The translations under genes and the position numbers were made by a program. DNA of 64,000 nucleotides, taken from NCBI GenBank assembly GCA_965223265.1, contig OZ244999.1:6016001-6080000 (forward strand), written 5' to 3'. The stretch is from Planctomycetota bacterium. Lineage in GTDB: Bacteria > Planctomycetota > UBA8108 > SXIK01. The notes under the pieces were generated by a model. That model did not search any database and was not told where the DNA came from. It saw only the letters and a program-made list of their open reading frames with translations. The first letter of the stretch is position 1; every line of letters begins with the position of its first letter. Positions 21,257-32,123 of the stretch are shown one piece after another.

Positions 21257-21811
21257 ATGCTCTATCGGGTGTGTGCGATTGCACTCATCGTGAACAGCCT
21301 CTTCTTCTTTCGTGGTTGCAGTGCGCTGCATGGTTCGAGATTCTCCCTTGGCTTCGTGGCGCACACGGCCGATGTCGCAACAACAGAAGTGGGGATGGCT
21401 CTTTTTCCGGACCGCGTGCTCAGTGTCTCGCTCGTCTATCTCGTTCCAAACCTCGCCGCCGGGATGCTCTTCGGCATCATGGTTCTACGCCTGCGTGAGC
21501 GACGTCGAGCTTGGATCTCGCTCTTTGCCTCCGCCGGGTTGATCAACTGCTTCATGCTCTCGATTCACGTCTGGGCGTACATCGTTTGTCTGCCTTCGGA
21601 ATGGATCTCCATCGGCACACGATGGCTCCTATTCCTTGGGCGCCCAGCCAAGGGAATGGATCCTAGGTTTTCACAAAGCATCGCGTCTCGGATCTGGTTC
21701 CTTGCTTTGTTTGCGTTGCTGTACGGTGGGTCCTCCCTGATCGCGAGACTCCGGGCGTCTCATCGAGACTGGCCAGACCCCGATCGAACCACTGGAGTCG
21801 GCGGAACATGA
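21257..21811 (+). CDS. Hypothetical multi-pass membrane protein
   Basis: GAGGG RBS; about four hydrophobic segments. Confidence 0.6.
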   Translation: MLYRVCAIALIVNSLFFFRGCSALHGSRFSLGFVAHTADVATTEVGMALFPDRVLSVSLVYLVPNLAAGMLFGIMVLRLRERRRAWISLFASAGLINCFMLSIHVWAYIVCLPSEWISIGTRWLLFLGRPAKGMDPRFSQSIASRIWFLALFALLYGGSSLIARLRASHRDWPDPDRTTGVGGT

Positions 21812-24800
21812 CAGGAAGACAGCGGAGGAAGACGCACAAGAAGAGTCCAACGAACAAGCGCCGCGGAGTGAGTTCCAGCGCGTCATCGGCTCGGGAGATC
21901 CGGCCGCCCGCAGTCTGTTTCAGCATCGGTGTGCACCGTGCTCCGCTCTCAACGTACGTTTGGCCTCTTCTCACGATCATCCTGTTGACCCTGCCGGCGA
22001 GGAGCGGCAAGACGCAAGAAGTCGCCGTTTGGGGCGTCTTCGAAACCGCCATCGAGAATTCGACCGTCTACGCGAACCCGTTCACCGACGTCGCGTTGAC
22101 TGCGACATTCACCAGCCCGAACGGGGAGACGTTCGAGTTTTTCGGCTTTCACGACGGCGACGGACAGGGCGGCCAAGGCGGAAACGTCTGGAAACTCCGC
22201 TTCATGCCGGATACGGCTGGCGAATGGAGCTACTCGTACGACTGGTCCGACGAGGCACCGGCAGGGTCCGGAACATTCGATGCAGTCGCGGCCAACCTTC
22301 CCGGAGCCATTCAACCCGATGAACAGAGCCCGAGCGTTTGGCGGCTCGAGGATCGAAGAGAATTCATTCCGTTCCATGTTGCCGGACCAGGCTTTGAAAC
22401 GGCGGACGATCCCCGACTCGGGGAGTATCTTGACTATCTCAGGGAAGATCTCGGCGCACGCGGCGTGGCGGTGGTCCTCCGGAATCTCGTCTGGCTGGAT
22501 TGCGAGAACGATGCGTCCTGCTCGCCGGTGAACGACAGCTTCTCGATCAGAAACTGGCGCCGGGCGGACCATTTTCTCTCCGAGCTTGAGGCACGAGAGC
22601 TCGGCGTCAACATCATGATCTATACCGACGACGCGGAGCGACCTCTTTTCGGCGGGCAATCGTCGAAGGAGTTGCTCCTCTTCCGATACTTGATGGCGAG
22701 ACTCGCTCCGTACCCTTTCATCACCTTCGACTCTGGCATCGACATCACGGAGTACCGGTCGTCGCCCTGGAGTAGCTGGTTCGCTCAGACTCTCCGCGAC
22801 CTCGACCCGTGGAACCACCTGGTGGGATCGAGGCATGGCGGCGGTTCTGGCGAATTCTCGTGCGCAGCATGCTCCTACGATGCGCTCGGCGACGTACACC
22901 CGACGTACGCGGCCATCCTTGCCACCATGACGTCGACACAAAAACCCATCTTCTACACCGACCGCTGGCGGGAGGACTTTCGACGTGGAGACTTCGACAG
23001 CGACAGCCTCCGGCGCATCATGTGGTACTGCAGCCTTGCTGGGGGCGCCGGGTTCATGGTCGGCGGCAGGAACGGAAGTCTGCGCTTTGAGGACTTCGAG
23101 AGCGACCTCGACAACCCACCGCAGTTCAAAGCGTTCTCTGAGTTTTGGCATGCGCGAGACATCCCGTGGGCGACGTTTTCACCGTGCAATGATCGCGTCA
23201 ATGGTGGTGTCTGTCTCGGAGACGGCAGCGGTCAGTGGATCGTTTATCTCGACGCTGGCGGCTCCGTCATCGTCGACCTCTTCGACGCGGATGAACTGCT
23301 CAGCGTCGAGTGGCTCAATCCGAGAACTGGCGACCACCAAGTGGGTATTGCCGTCGCCGGTGGTGAAGCGGTCGAGTTCACGGCGCCAGGCGCCGGCGAC
23401 TGGGTATTACATCTCAGCAATCAAATCGCCGACCCGACGCCCCCGAGTGCACCGACCGGGGCGATCGCCGAGGCGCTGAGCGACGCCCAAATCACTCTGA
23501 CGTGGAACGAAGCGAGCGATCCGGAGAGTGGCATCATCCGTTACCAACTCCATCGCGACGGGACACCGATCGCCGACGTGCTCTTCGACGAACTTGCGTA
23601 CACAGACGACGGACTTGAGGAGCAGACGACCTACGTCTACGAAGTGTCTGCCATCAACGGCAGCGGCATCGAAGGAGCAAGAGGCGTTGCTACCGAGGCG
23701 ACGACAACAGCCGATGTGACAGCCCCCGCCCTCGTCTCGGCTGTGGCGTATCGGCAAGACCAGGTCATCGTCCTCTTCAGTGAATCGCTGGCGCAGGAAT
23801 CTGCCGAGACCGCGCCTCACTACAGTATTAACGACGACGTGGATGTTCTCGCGGCCGAACTGGACTCGGACGATCGTACTGTGCTGCTGACAACGTCGGG
23901 TCTCGCGCCGCACGTGCTCTACTCGTTGACTGTCAACGGCGTGGAGGATCGTTCTGCCGCTGGCAACGCCATCGCCGCGAACTCACAGATCGATTTCACG
24001 CTCACCACCCGGGTCTCAGAATCTCTCGTCGTTCTCTACACGTTCGAGGACGGACCTGGAACGACCGTTTTCGACGTTTCAGGTGTCGACCCCGCACTCG
24101 ATCTCGAACTCGCTCATGCGGCACGAGCCACATGGTTGCCGGACGCAGTCGTCATCGAGGGGAACACGATGATCGCGTCGCCAGGACCGGCGACCAAAAT
24201 CATTGAAGCCTGCAAGGCCACAGATGCGATCACCATCGAAGCGTGGATGAGGCCACAAAACGCGATCCAGGATGGACCAGCCCGCATCGTCACATTGTCA
24301 GCCAACACCTCGGAGCGTGATTTCACTCTCGGTCAAAGCTTGAACGAATACGACGTCCGATTCCGAACCACAGCCACTGACGGACAGGGACTCCCTTCCG
24401 TGACGACCCCGGACGGCGCCGTTCAGAACGCGCTCAGCCACATCGTTTACGCACGGGACGCGGGCGGGCGAGTCCGCCTCTTCGTGGACGCGATCGAACG
24501 CGTCAGCACCATTCGAAGCGGCGACCTGTCGAACTGGAATGCGGGCTATCGCCTCGCGCTCGCGAACGAGCTTTCGCTGGACCGAGGCTGGCTCGGTGAA
24601 ATCCACCTCGTGGCGATTTACGACCGAGCGCTTTCTACAAGCGAAGTGGAGCAGAACTACCAAGTCGGACCGGGCAGTCATACCACATTCGATCGCGGCG
24701 ACCCGAACGTGGACGGCGCGACCGACATCAGCGACCCCGTCTTCGTGCTCAACTACCTCTTCGCGGATGCGGACACACCGACATGCCTCAAGGCGGCAGA

Positions 24801-24957
24801 TGCGAACGACGACGGCGGGATCGATATCTCAGACCCCATTTTTCTCCTGAACCATCTCTTCGTGAACGGGCCGGCTCCAGACGCGCCCTTCGAGTCCTGC
24901 GGGAACGATCCGACCTCCGATGCCTTGAGCTGCCTGTCGCATCCTCCCTGTCAATAG
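21808..24957 (+). CDS. Secreted DUF5060/glycoside-hydrolase-like protein with FN3, Ig-like, LamG and C-terminal dockerin-like domains
   Basis: YANPFTDV...GFHDGDG..WKLRFMPD..GEWSY; VEWLNPRTG..FTAPGAGDWVL; FN3 LTWNEASDPESGI..Y; LamG ITIEAW...IHLVAIYDRALS; RGDPNVDG dockerin. Start uncertain. Confidence 0.8.
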   Translation: MTGRQRRKTHKKSPTNKRRGVSSSASSAREIRPPAVCFSIGVHRAPLSTYVWPLLTIILLTLPARSGKTQEVAVWGVFETAIENSTVYANPFTDVALTATFTSPNGETFEFFGFHDGDGQGGQGGNVWKLRFMPDTAGEWSYSYDWSDEAPAGSGTFDAVAANLPGAIQPDEQSPSVWRLEDRREFIPFHVAGPGFETADDPRLGEYLDYLREDLGARGVAVVLRNLVWLDCENDASCSPVNDSFSIRNWRRADHFLSELEARELGVNIMIYTDDAERPLFGGQSSKELLLFRYLMARLAPYPFITFDSGIDITEYRSSPWSSWFAQTLRDLDPWNHLVGSRHGGGSGEFSCAACSYDALGDVHPTYAAILATMTSTQKPIFYTDRWREDFRRGDFDSDSLRRIMWYCSLAGGAGFMVGGRNGSLRFEDFESDLDNPPQFKAFSEFWHARDIPWATFSPCNDRVNGGVCLGDGSGQWIVYLDAGGSVIVDLFDADELLSVEWLNPRTGDHQVGIAVAGGEAVEFTAPGAGDWVLHLSNQIADPTPPSAPTGAIAEALSDAQITLTWNEASDPESGIIRYQLHRDGTPIADVLFDELAYTDDGLEEQTTYVYEVSAINGSGIEGARGVATEATTTADVTAPALVSAVAYRQDQVIVLFSESLAQESAETAPHYSINDDVDVLAAELDSDDRTVLLTTSGLAPHVLYSLTVNGVEDRSAAGNAIAANSQIDFTLTTRVSESLVVLYTFEDGPGTTVFDVSGVDPALDLELAHAARATWLPDAVVIEGNTMIASPGPATKIIEACKATDAITIEAWMRPQNAIQDGPARIVTLSANTSERDFTLGQSLNEYDVRFRTTATDGQGLPSVTTPDGAVQNALSHIVYARDAGGRVRLFVDAIERVSTIRSGDLSNWNAGYRLALANELSLDRGWLGEIHLVAIYDRALSTSEVEQNYQVGPGSHTTFDRGDPNVDGATDISDPVFVLNYLFADADTPTCLKAADANDDGGIDISDPIFLLNHLFVNGPAPDAPFESCGNDPTSDALSCLSHPPCQ

Positions 24958-24996
24958 ATTGCCGGAACGAATTGCCAGAACGAGCCGTGGCACGGC

Positions 24997-27900
24997 TTAC
25001 GGCGGCACGTCGAGGCCTCCCGTAGCACTGCTCTCGCCGTTCACCACCATGGTCGCGTCACCGCCGAGCGCCGGGAGCGGCACCTGAACCTGCGCAGAAC
25101 TCTGGCGCGTCAGCGTGATTTGGTAGCGCACCGAGACCCCCTCTTTGCTGGGATCGAGGAGCAAGCTCAGCACATTGAGAGGCACGACCACAGTGCCGTC
25201 GCTGTCGGGAACTTCCGTGCGAAGGAGGACTTCCTCCGTCGTGTTCGATGCGAAGAAAAACGCGGACGAGTTGACCTCCACCAGCATCTGATCGGCCGCT
25301 GCGTTGGGAACCCACGAGATCACGAGCGGCTCGTCAAGTGTCGCAGCGATATTGTCCAGGTCAGGCTCAGTCACGACCGGCTCCGGAGGAAGCGTGATCG
25401 ACGCACTCAGGGGGCCGACGTCGACACCACCGCTCGACCCGAACGAAACTTCTTGCCCTGGCCCGTAGCCGAGGTCCGCCAGCGCCTGCTCGCCCTGAAA
25501 GAAGAACACACCGCTCGGGATCACGATGCCGTCTTCGTCGATGCCAGCATCGAGCGTCACAGGAGAGGCTCCCACCGCCGACGCCGCCAACGTTCGGCCG
25601 GCGTCGAGGAAAACGACCTCAGCCAAGAACGCTCCGACGTCGACGTTCGCGCCGCACGTTGATGTCACCACGGTGAATCCCGAAACATCAGTTTCAGACG
25701 ACGAACACAGCACTTCGTCCTCGGCGAACTCGAGGACGCGCTCCACACTCCCAAGCGTGCCGGCCAGAAAGAAACCCGCCATGTCGAAGTCGACGACACC
25801 CGCTTCCTTCTCGCTGACGACTTGGATCAGTCCAAGAGCTTCCGCCGTCGGCTGGAGGACGAAGGTCCCAAGGTCGATCGTACCCGGCTCCGTCGGCGCA
25901 TCGATCTGGGTGGTCGCAAAGAGGAGTGCATCCGCGTCGCGCGCCAGCGTCGCGATCTGGATCGGAGCAACCGTGGCGACTTCGGCGTCGATGGAAAACA
26001 TCCCCTGAGCGTCAAGAAAGTTCTGCTCAAGGAGCGTGCCGGTTCTGAGCACGACGCTGTCGGCAGGCGGGATGGTGTCGTCTGGCAAACGCACCGATCC
26101 CGTTAGCGTGACGAAGACAGATGGAGAGGCACGGAACTCCCACGTAAACGGCTGCACGAGTCCGTTCCCAGCCAAATCCTCGACCGCCGTCGTCAACTCA
26201 GCGCGGTAGAGACCGCGCGGCAGCTCACCGTCAATCGTGAAGAACGCACCGAGAAGCTCGTCGCGATACTCCAGAACCAGTGGCGCCACAGCGACATCGT
26301 CGACAGTGTCGAAAGCGGTGTCGAGACCGGCCTCGCGTAGAAGGAAAGTCTCGTCCGTAATCGTCGCAGCGTCGATCGATTCGTCGAAGAACGCCGCCAC
26401 GAGTGTCACGTCACCCGAATCCTCTGCAGGCGAGACGTTCGTCACCGTCGGCGGAATGAATTCACTCGCCGCGACGAGCGTCAGCGTCAACTCGTCGGTC
26501 CACGTGCCGTTGCCGCCGGAGTCTACCGCCATCGCCCGAAGCGTGAACGACTCCGTGTCTGCAAGGCGCGGCGTGACGAATCGATGTTCAAACGGAAAAC
26601 TCCCATCACTTCCGGCGCGTGTCCCATCGATATAGAAGTCCACGCTTCGCACCTGAACGTCATCTTGCACGAGGGCAACAACGCCGACCGCGGAGCCCTC
26701 GAAGGCCGTTTGTGCCACCAGGTCGAGGCCACTCCCGGCGACGAGCGAGATGGTCGGCGGCTCACCAAGTAGGTCGAAGGCGAGATAGTTGACGATCGCA
26801 ATCTCGGTGGCGTTGCCGATGTAGGCGAGACCGTTCTGGATTCCCATTTCGGTTGGAATCGAAGGGAGGTCGATGTTCCCCAGGAGAATGTCGGTGTTCT
26901 GCGGATCCGACGCGTCCCAGATGTCCACGTCGGCCACGTTGCCGGCCAACGAAAGGAGGGTGCGACTACCGTTGAACGCGAGTGCCCCCGGGCCGAATTG
27001 CCCTGGCCCGGTCGCTTGACCAAGGACGGTCGGGTCGGACGGATCTGAGATATCGAAGCTATCAACGCCTCGGGGCTGACCGACATAGAGAACCGGAAAC
27101 GCGTTGAAGATTGCAGTAGGCCGTTCGTCGGGCACAAAGCTGCCGACGACGCGGGGAAAACCGGCGCCAAGCTGCATGAGCGCGATCGTCTCAGTTCCGC
27201 GAGCGACGAGGCTGTCCCCGCTCAGAGAGAGGATCGTGAAGACATCACTTGGGTCCAGCGGCGTGCTGCCGAGAGCCGTACCGCTCGCCAGGTCCACCGT
27301 CACGACGCGATGTCCGCAACCGACGTATGCAAGCGGGCCGGAGGAGACGAGAGCGTTTGGAATCCCGCCGAGCTCAAGAAAGTCGAGCTCGTGGATGACG
27401 TCCGTCGAGCCGGGGTTCGAGATATCGACCACCGACAGTGCAGTGGTGGAAACCACACCGGCGTGAGTTCCCGAGCACGCGACGGCGCGGGCGTCAGGGA
27501 TCTCGACTTGGCCAATGACCGTGGGATCAATACCGCGGACAGTTTCGTAAATCAGGAGGCCGAACGACGTCGCCACGAGGATTCGATCGTCGACCAGACA
27601 AACGTCCCGCGCCGGACTCTGCAAAGAAACTGCGCTGACAATTCCCGTGCGCGCCGCGGTTCCTTCCAGCGGATCGGTTCCCTGGAGAACCTCCATGCCA
27701 TCTTTGATGCCGTCGTCGTCGGTGTCGTCGTCGTTCGGCGACGTTCCGACGATTCCTTCTGCAATGTCGACGAGAAGGTCGCCGTCGCTATCCGGTTCGC
27801 CGTCCAGGCTACGGATCTCAAAAGGAGCCACAAACGCACGCCCGCCCACAGACGGCGTGACGCCGCGAGAGACGCCGACGCTGCCAATCTCAAGGTTGAG

Positions 27901-30306
27901 CACTTCCAAAGTGTAGCTGAGAAGGGGACCGACGCGAATAGTATCGAAGTCTTCGCCGCGAATCTCAAAGGGCGGAGATTCCGGACTCTGCACCGTCATG
28001 CGATAGGGGCCACGTTCAAACGGCCCCTTGGCGCTCAGGAGAACGCGCGTCGCCGACTCAATTTGAGTCAGCTGTTCTTGGAGCCCCTCGGCAGCGGCTG
28101 CCAGCTCCATCGCGGCTTCAAAGTCGCTCACGGCCGCGTCGGTGAGCGCTCTCAGTTCCTGGAGCGCGGCGAGGATCTCATCATCTCCGACACCGCCGCC
28201 GGCGCCGCCGTTCTGCATCTGCTCGAGCTCCTTGTTCTGAATGACGGTGACGACGTTGTCGAGCGCGATGCAAACACCGGTGAGCGGCGCGTTGCGAATC
28301 GCACCGTCGAGCTGCTTTGCACTGTCGCGCAGGGTCGTCGCGAGATTCTTCACCGGCTCAGCCACCGAGCAGGCCGAGTTGACGAACGACCCGAAGCACT
28401 CTTTGCGTCTGCACACGATGTCGATCGCGGTGCTCGAGATCGACACGGCGCAGTCGGCGACGTCGATCGCTTTGGAGACAGGGTTCTGACGCGTGACGCG
28501 ATCGACCACCGCCTTGACGCCGTTCTTGCCAGCCTGCACGCCTTGAACCGCTGTCTTGGCGTCGGCGATCGACAGGTCACCCGCTTGCCAGTTGACTGTG
28601 ATCGTGGCGATGCTCTCCCCCATTGTTCTCAGACCATCGAACGCCTGAACGGCGGCATTGATCGTCGCCAGGACACCTGTGAGCTCACTAACGCAGCCAA
28701 GCGCCGTTTTAGCGAGTGCTGCCGCGTCACTCAGGTCGAGCTCGGGGCACTCCGGCTTCTTCGGCTCTTCGGGTGGCTTCGGTGGCCGATCCAACTGAGC
28801 ACGAGGTCGCGTTGGGGCGTGCCAACCGGGCGCCAGCAAGCCAAAGCCGGCGTCGCTACAGATCAGCGTGCCGTCGCTGCTCACGGTGGCTGGCCCAACG
28901 ACGTCGAATTCTCCCGTGTCATGGTTGAAGCTCCAGACGGTGCCCTTGTCGCCAGGTGCCAGGAGTGCGCCAGTCACCGAATCCGGTAGATTTGGGAAAC
29001 AGACCGGCACCGGTTCGTCAAAGTTGGATGCCCCGTCGGTCTGCACGGTGACGACGATCGCCGGAGCCAAATCGGGAGGCAGCGGCGCCGGCAGTCGATC
29101 AGGCGCCACCGGCGCGATCCCCAGCATGCCGCCGATGGTTCCGTCGTCAGCAAAGAGCCCGGCCGGCGGCACGCGAACCTCGACGCCTGCAAACTCGGGG
29201 AACTCCGCCAGCACGGAGGGAGGAAACGAGATCACAGTCTCTACAACCTCGCTCACAGGCTGAAGAGTGCCGTCGTCAATGAGTGGCAAGTAGATCGTAC
29301 CGATGTCGTTCTCGACTCCGGCCTCCAGCTCCCACGACTTGCCCACCGAAGGATAGTACGCACCCGCGGGCACACCGCTGCTGGCCGTGCGTCCGTTGAT
29401 GTGGACAAAGATGGTGCCGGCGGGCGCGGGATCGAGGACAAAGTTGCCTGTCGCGTCGGTAGCCGCGTGGAGCGTCTCTTCCATTCCATCGACAGTGATG
29501 GTGACTCCTTCGAGCGGTACATCTATGGGCGCGCCTTCCGGCGTCTCTCCTGGTTGCGAGGCGGCCACACGGCCGATGGCGGATGTGCCAGCGAGCGGAG
29601 TGACGGTGGCGGTGTCAAACTCGAACGTCGTGGTGCCGCCAGGAAGGCCGTCGCCATCGGCGTCCACCGCTTGTCCGAAAGCATCCAGCAAGGCGCTGCC
29701 GGCAAGCGTCACGCGGATCCGTGCACTGGCAGGAAGAGGCTCGGCGTAGAACAAAGTCACACGGGTCGCGTCGGCGGAGACGTGCAGCCGCGCGGTGAGA
29801 TCGTCGGCACCGAACGTTGCGTGAAGCGCTGCGGAGGAGACGGTGGCTGGATCGATGGCGGCATCAAACTCGACGAACGTCTCGCGCGTCAGTGCGACGT
29901 GGCGCTCTGCAGCGAGGGGACTCGTGCGCACGACGCTCGTGACACCGTCGTCACAGTCGGAGTCGCAAGTGAAAGGGTCCGGGGTAGCGTCGCAGCCGGG
30001 ATCGGGGAACGGCGCGGCGGGAGGTGGCCCAAAGCGAAAGAGGTGATTGAGAAGAAAAATAGGGTCGGAAATGTCGAGACGACCGCTGTCGTCAACGTCG
30101 AGAGCGTCCACGCAGTCCGGCACGACACTGCCGACAAACTCGTAAATCAGAATGAAAATCGGGTCGGAGATATCGAGGGCGCCGTCGGCGTTGGCGTCAC
30201 CACGAACAAAATCTGCGGCCTTGACGGCAGGAAGAAGAATCGAAAAAGCGAAGACGCTGGCAGAGATCAAACAAGCGGGCGCACGTCCGCGGAGTGCATG
30301 ACTCAT
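24997..30306 (-). CDS. Large secreted multidomain protein (dockerin-like, Ig-like, Cys-rich helical domain, Ca-binding repeats, LVIVD-like propeller)
   Basis: Signal peptide, FVRGDANADG dockerin, Big_5-like domains, DSDGD/DTDDDG repeats, 'VVDISNP' and 'FDISDPSDP' repeats; GAGG RBS. Confidence 0.85.
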   Translation of the reverse strand: MSHALRGRAPACLISASVFAFSILLPAVKAADFVRGDANADGALDISDPIFILIYEFVGSVVPDCVDALDVDDSGRLDISDPIFLLNHLFRFGPPPAAPFPDPGCDATPDPFTCDSDCDDGVTSVVRTSPLAAERHVALTRETFVEFDAAIDPATVSSAALHATFGADDLTARLHVSADATRVTLFYAEPLPASARIRVTLAGSALLDAFGQAVDADGDGLPGGTTTFEFDTATVTPLAGTSAIGRVAASQPGETPEGAPIDVPLEGVTITVDGMEETLHAATDATGNFVLDPAPAGTIFVHINGRTASSGVPAGAYYPSVGKSWELEAGVENDIGTIYLPLIDDGTLQPVSEVVETVISFPPSVLAEFPEFAGVEVRVPPAGLFADDGTIGGMLGIAPVAPDRLPAPLPPDLAPAIVVTVQTDGASNFDEPVPVCFPNLPDSVTGALLAPGDKGTVWSFNHDTGEFDVVGPATVSSDGTLICSDAGFGLLAPGWHAPTRPRAQLDRPPKPPEEPKKPECPELDLSDAAALAKTALGCVSELTGVLATINAAVQAFDGLRTMGESIATITVNWQAGDLSIADAKTAVQGVQAGKNGVKAVVDRVTRQNPVSKAIDVADCAVSISSTAIDIVCRRKECFGSFVNSACSVAEPVKNLATTLRDSAKQLDGAIRNAPLTGVCIALDNVVTVIQNKELEQMQNGGAGGGVGDDEILAALQELRALTDAAVSDFEAAMELAAAAEGLQEQLTQIESATRVLLSAKGPFERGPYRMTVQSPESPPFEIRGEDFDTIRVGPLLSYTLEVLNLEIGSVGVSRGVTPSVGGRAFVAPFEIRSLDGEPDSDGDLLVDIAEGIVGTSPNDDDTDDDGIKDGMEVLQGTDPLEGTAARTGIVSAVSLQSPARDVCLVDDRILVATSFGLLIYETVRGIDPTVIGQVEIPDARAVACSGTHAGVVSTTALSVVDISNPGSTDVIHELDFLELGGIPNALVSSGPLAYVGCGHRVVTVDLASGTALGSTPLDPSDVFTILSLSGDSLVARGTETIALMQLGAGFPRVVGSFVPDERPTAIFNAFPVLYVGQPRGVDSFDISDPSDPTVLGQATGPGQFGPGALAFNGSRTLLSLAGNVADVDIWDASDPQNTDILLGNIDLPSIPTEMGIQNGLAYIGNATEIAIVNYLAFDLLGEPPTISLVAGSGLDLVAQTAFEGSAVGVVALVQDDVQVRSVDFYIDGTRAGSDGSFPFEHRFVTPRLADTESFTLRAMAVDSGGNGTWTDELTLTLVAASEFIPPTVTNVSPAEDSGDVTLVAAFFDESIDAATITDETFLLREAGLDTAFDTVDDVAVAPLVLEYRDELLGAFFTIDGELPRGLYRAELTTAVEDLAGNGLVQPFTWEFRASPSVFVTLTGSVRLPDDTIPPADSVVLRTGTLLEQNFLDAQGMFSIDAEVATVAPIQIATLARDADALLFATTQIDAPTEPGTIDLGTFVLQPTAEALGLIQVVSEKEAGVVDFDMAGFFLAGTLGSVERVLEFAEDEVLCSSSETDVSGFTVVTSTCGANVDVGAFLAEVVFLDAGRTLAASAVGASPVTLDAGIDEDGIVIPSGVFFFQGEQALADLGYGPGQEVSFGSSGGVDVGPLSASITLPPEPVVTEPDLDNIAATLDEPLVISWVPNAAADQMLVEVNSSAFFFASNTTEEVLLRTEVPDSDGTVVVPLNVLSLLLDPSKEGVSVRYQITLTRQSSAQVQVPLPALGGDATMVVNGESSATGGLDVPP

Positions 30307-30593
30307 GGATCGCTCCTCGGGCGCGTCTACCGGATCCGGGGGCCATGCTACTCGACGATTTGGGTGTGGGCATCGTCAAAGGTGGTGGTTTGATTGAGAT
30401 TGAGAGTCAGGTGAGGCGGTTGATTTTCGTGTGATTGGCGATGCTTGCTCGTCGGTGATCAGCTGCTGCCACTCGCGGCAACTATGGACTCAAAGATCAG
30501 GAATCGCATTGAATGCGTCCGTTCTAGTCGCTGAAAAGGACTATGAATTGAGGTTGATCGTGCGTACGACGTCGTCCAGGCTCGTGGTGCAAT

Positions 30594-31426
30594 TCAGCGG
30601 GGCGTGCTCTCACCCCGGAACCTCTTCAGGGCTTACCGCTACTCGGACCCACTCATGTTCGTCGCTCGTCGCCGCACTGAGAGCCAAGAGGACGTCCTCG
30701 GTGACGAGACCGATCTCCGCAATCGCCCAAACACCGAAGAGTCGGACGCGGAAACTCGATCACCCAGTACATCGACGAGAGCACGCACTGTCTGTGGACC
30801 ATCGACTTCCTTCGCAAGTGCCGCCAGCGTCAGCACGGCGAATCGTCTCGTGTTTGGATTCGCGGCCGAGAGCATCTTCAGGAGATGAGGGATCGCTGAT
30901 CTTCCCATGTTCTCCGCCGCCTTCCGAAGACCAACATCCAAGGTCACGTTCACGTAGACATTTTCAAGATTCAACGGAACTCCCACATCCCACGGGCTCC
31001 CGTCGTATAGTTGTCCAAACAGCCACCCTTCATCCTGAATTCCTTTCGCCACAAGCGGCATCGCTCGGCTTCCGATCTGTGCGATGACTCTCCCTGGCCA
31101 GAAATTCTGCCAATCCGCCTCTCTCATCTCGAAGACCATCACGTGAGTCGACCGAGAAACCCCCTTCGGAAGGATCCGTACGTAATCGCATGACACCTCG
31201 AGCTCGTTCTTCTGCCAATCTCGCAAGATAGAAAGAAGCTTGGGCACTGCCTTCGTCGATCGCAACTGGCCGAGCTTCTCAGCCGCGTGTCCTTGTCCTC
31301 GGACTCCAACTTCCAGAGATACCGTCGCTCCAACAGGATGTCTCTGGAAGCGTATCCAGCAATACCGAGCACGAGGAGTCCGAGCGCGATCATCAACCGA
31401 GCGAGAGGTCTGCCTTGGTAGACCAT
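30594..31426 (-). pseudogene. HEAT-repeat membrane-anchored protein, frameshifted three times
   Basis: MVYQG..TM..YLWKLESEDKDTR shifts to AAEKLGQLRS (~31285), to VRLFGVWAIAEIG..DEHEWVRVA (~30750), then to ALKRFRGE (~30632). Confidence 0.75.
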
Positions 31427-31559
31427 CGATTGAACCTCGCACACTCTTGAAGCCTTGAAATTCCCGCTCCAGCTCTCCACCCGAGATCGATTGAACTATT
31501 TTAGTCGTCCCCGCAACCTACTGTGTAAGAGACGACTTTTGAACGATGAGAATCGAATC

Positions 31560-32123
31560 ATGCGGGAATCCCTTGAGCGCCTCTCCGATCTGATCCTGGT
31601 CTTGCGGATCCAATCTGGAGACGAGGAGGCGTTCGCGGGGCTCGTAGCGAAGTACAGCCCGCGACTCAGGTTCTTCCTCAAAAAGTTGCTGGGTGAAGAC
31701 GAGCACCGCGTTGACGACGCGCTGCAGGACGTTTGGTTGAGCGCCTATCGTGGAATCCAGCGTCTCAAGAATCCTCAGGCGTCTTCCGCCTGGCTATTCC
31801 GGATCGCCCACGATCGAGCTGCGAAAGAATATCGCCGGAGGAAACTACCAACGCAGCCGTTGGAGGAATCTCACGCAGGCAACCAAACAGCCGCAGGCTC
31901 GACCAACGGCGCCCTCCTCGCCGAAGACGCGGAATGTATTCACCGCGCTCTGGATCAGCTCTCACCAGATCACCGCGAGGTACTGATCCTTCGATTTCTC
32001 GAGGAAATGACTTACGAAGACGTTTCTCGGGCAACCCGACTCCCCATCGGCACTGTACGGTCTCGCATTCACTATGCCAAGGGTGCACTGCGCCGCATTA
32101 TTGAAAGGACTCGCGATGAGTAG
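31560..32123 (+). CDS. ECF sigma-70 factor
   Basis: GDEEAFAGL, DDALQDVW, LRFLEEMTYEDVS..LPIGTVRSRIHYAK. Confidence 0.92.
   Translation: MRESLERLSDLILVLRIQSGDEEAFAGLVAKYSPRLRFFLKKLLGEDEHRVDDALQDVWLSAYRGIQRLKNPQASSAWLFRIAHDRAAKEYRRRKLPTQPLEESHAGNQTAAGSTNGALLAEDAECIHRALDQLSPDHREVLILRFLEEMTYEDVSRATRLPIGTVRSRIHYAKGALRRIIERTRDE

Noticed and set aside
18700-21811. Integron-like cassette array of orphan ORFs (also 10-12 kb and 30-34 kb)
   Set aside because: Mixed orientations, no repeated attC-like sites seen and no IntI.
27310-28989. Long antisense ORFs (e.g. 559 aa here, 1393-2559, 15298-16575, 21949-23151)
   Set aside because: Shadow frames of GC-rich genes with Arg-rich, motif-free translations.
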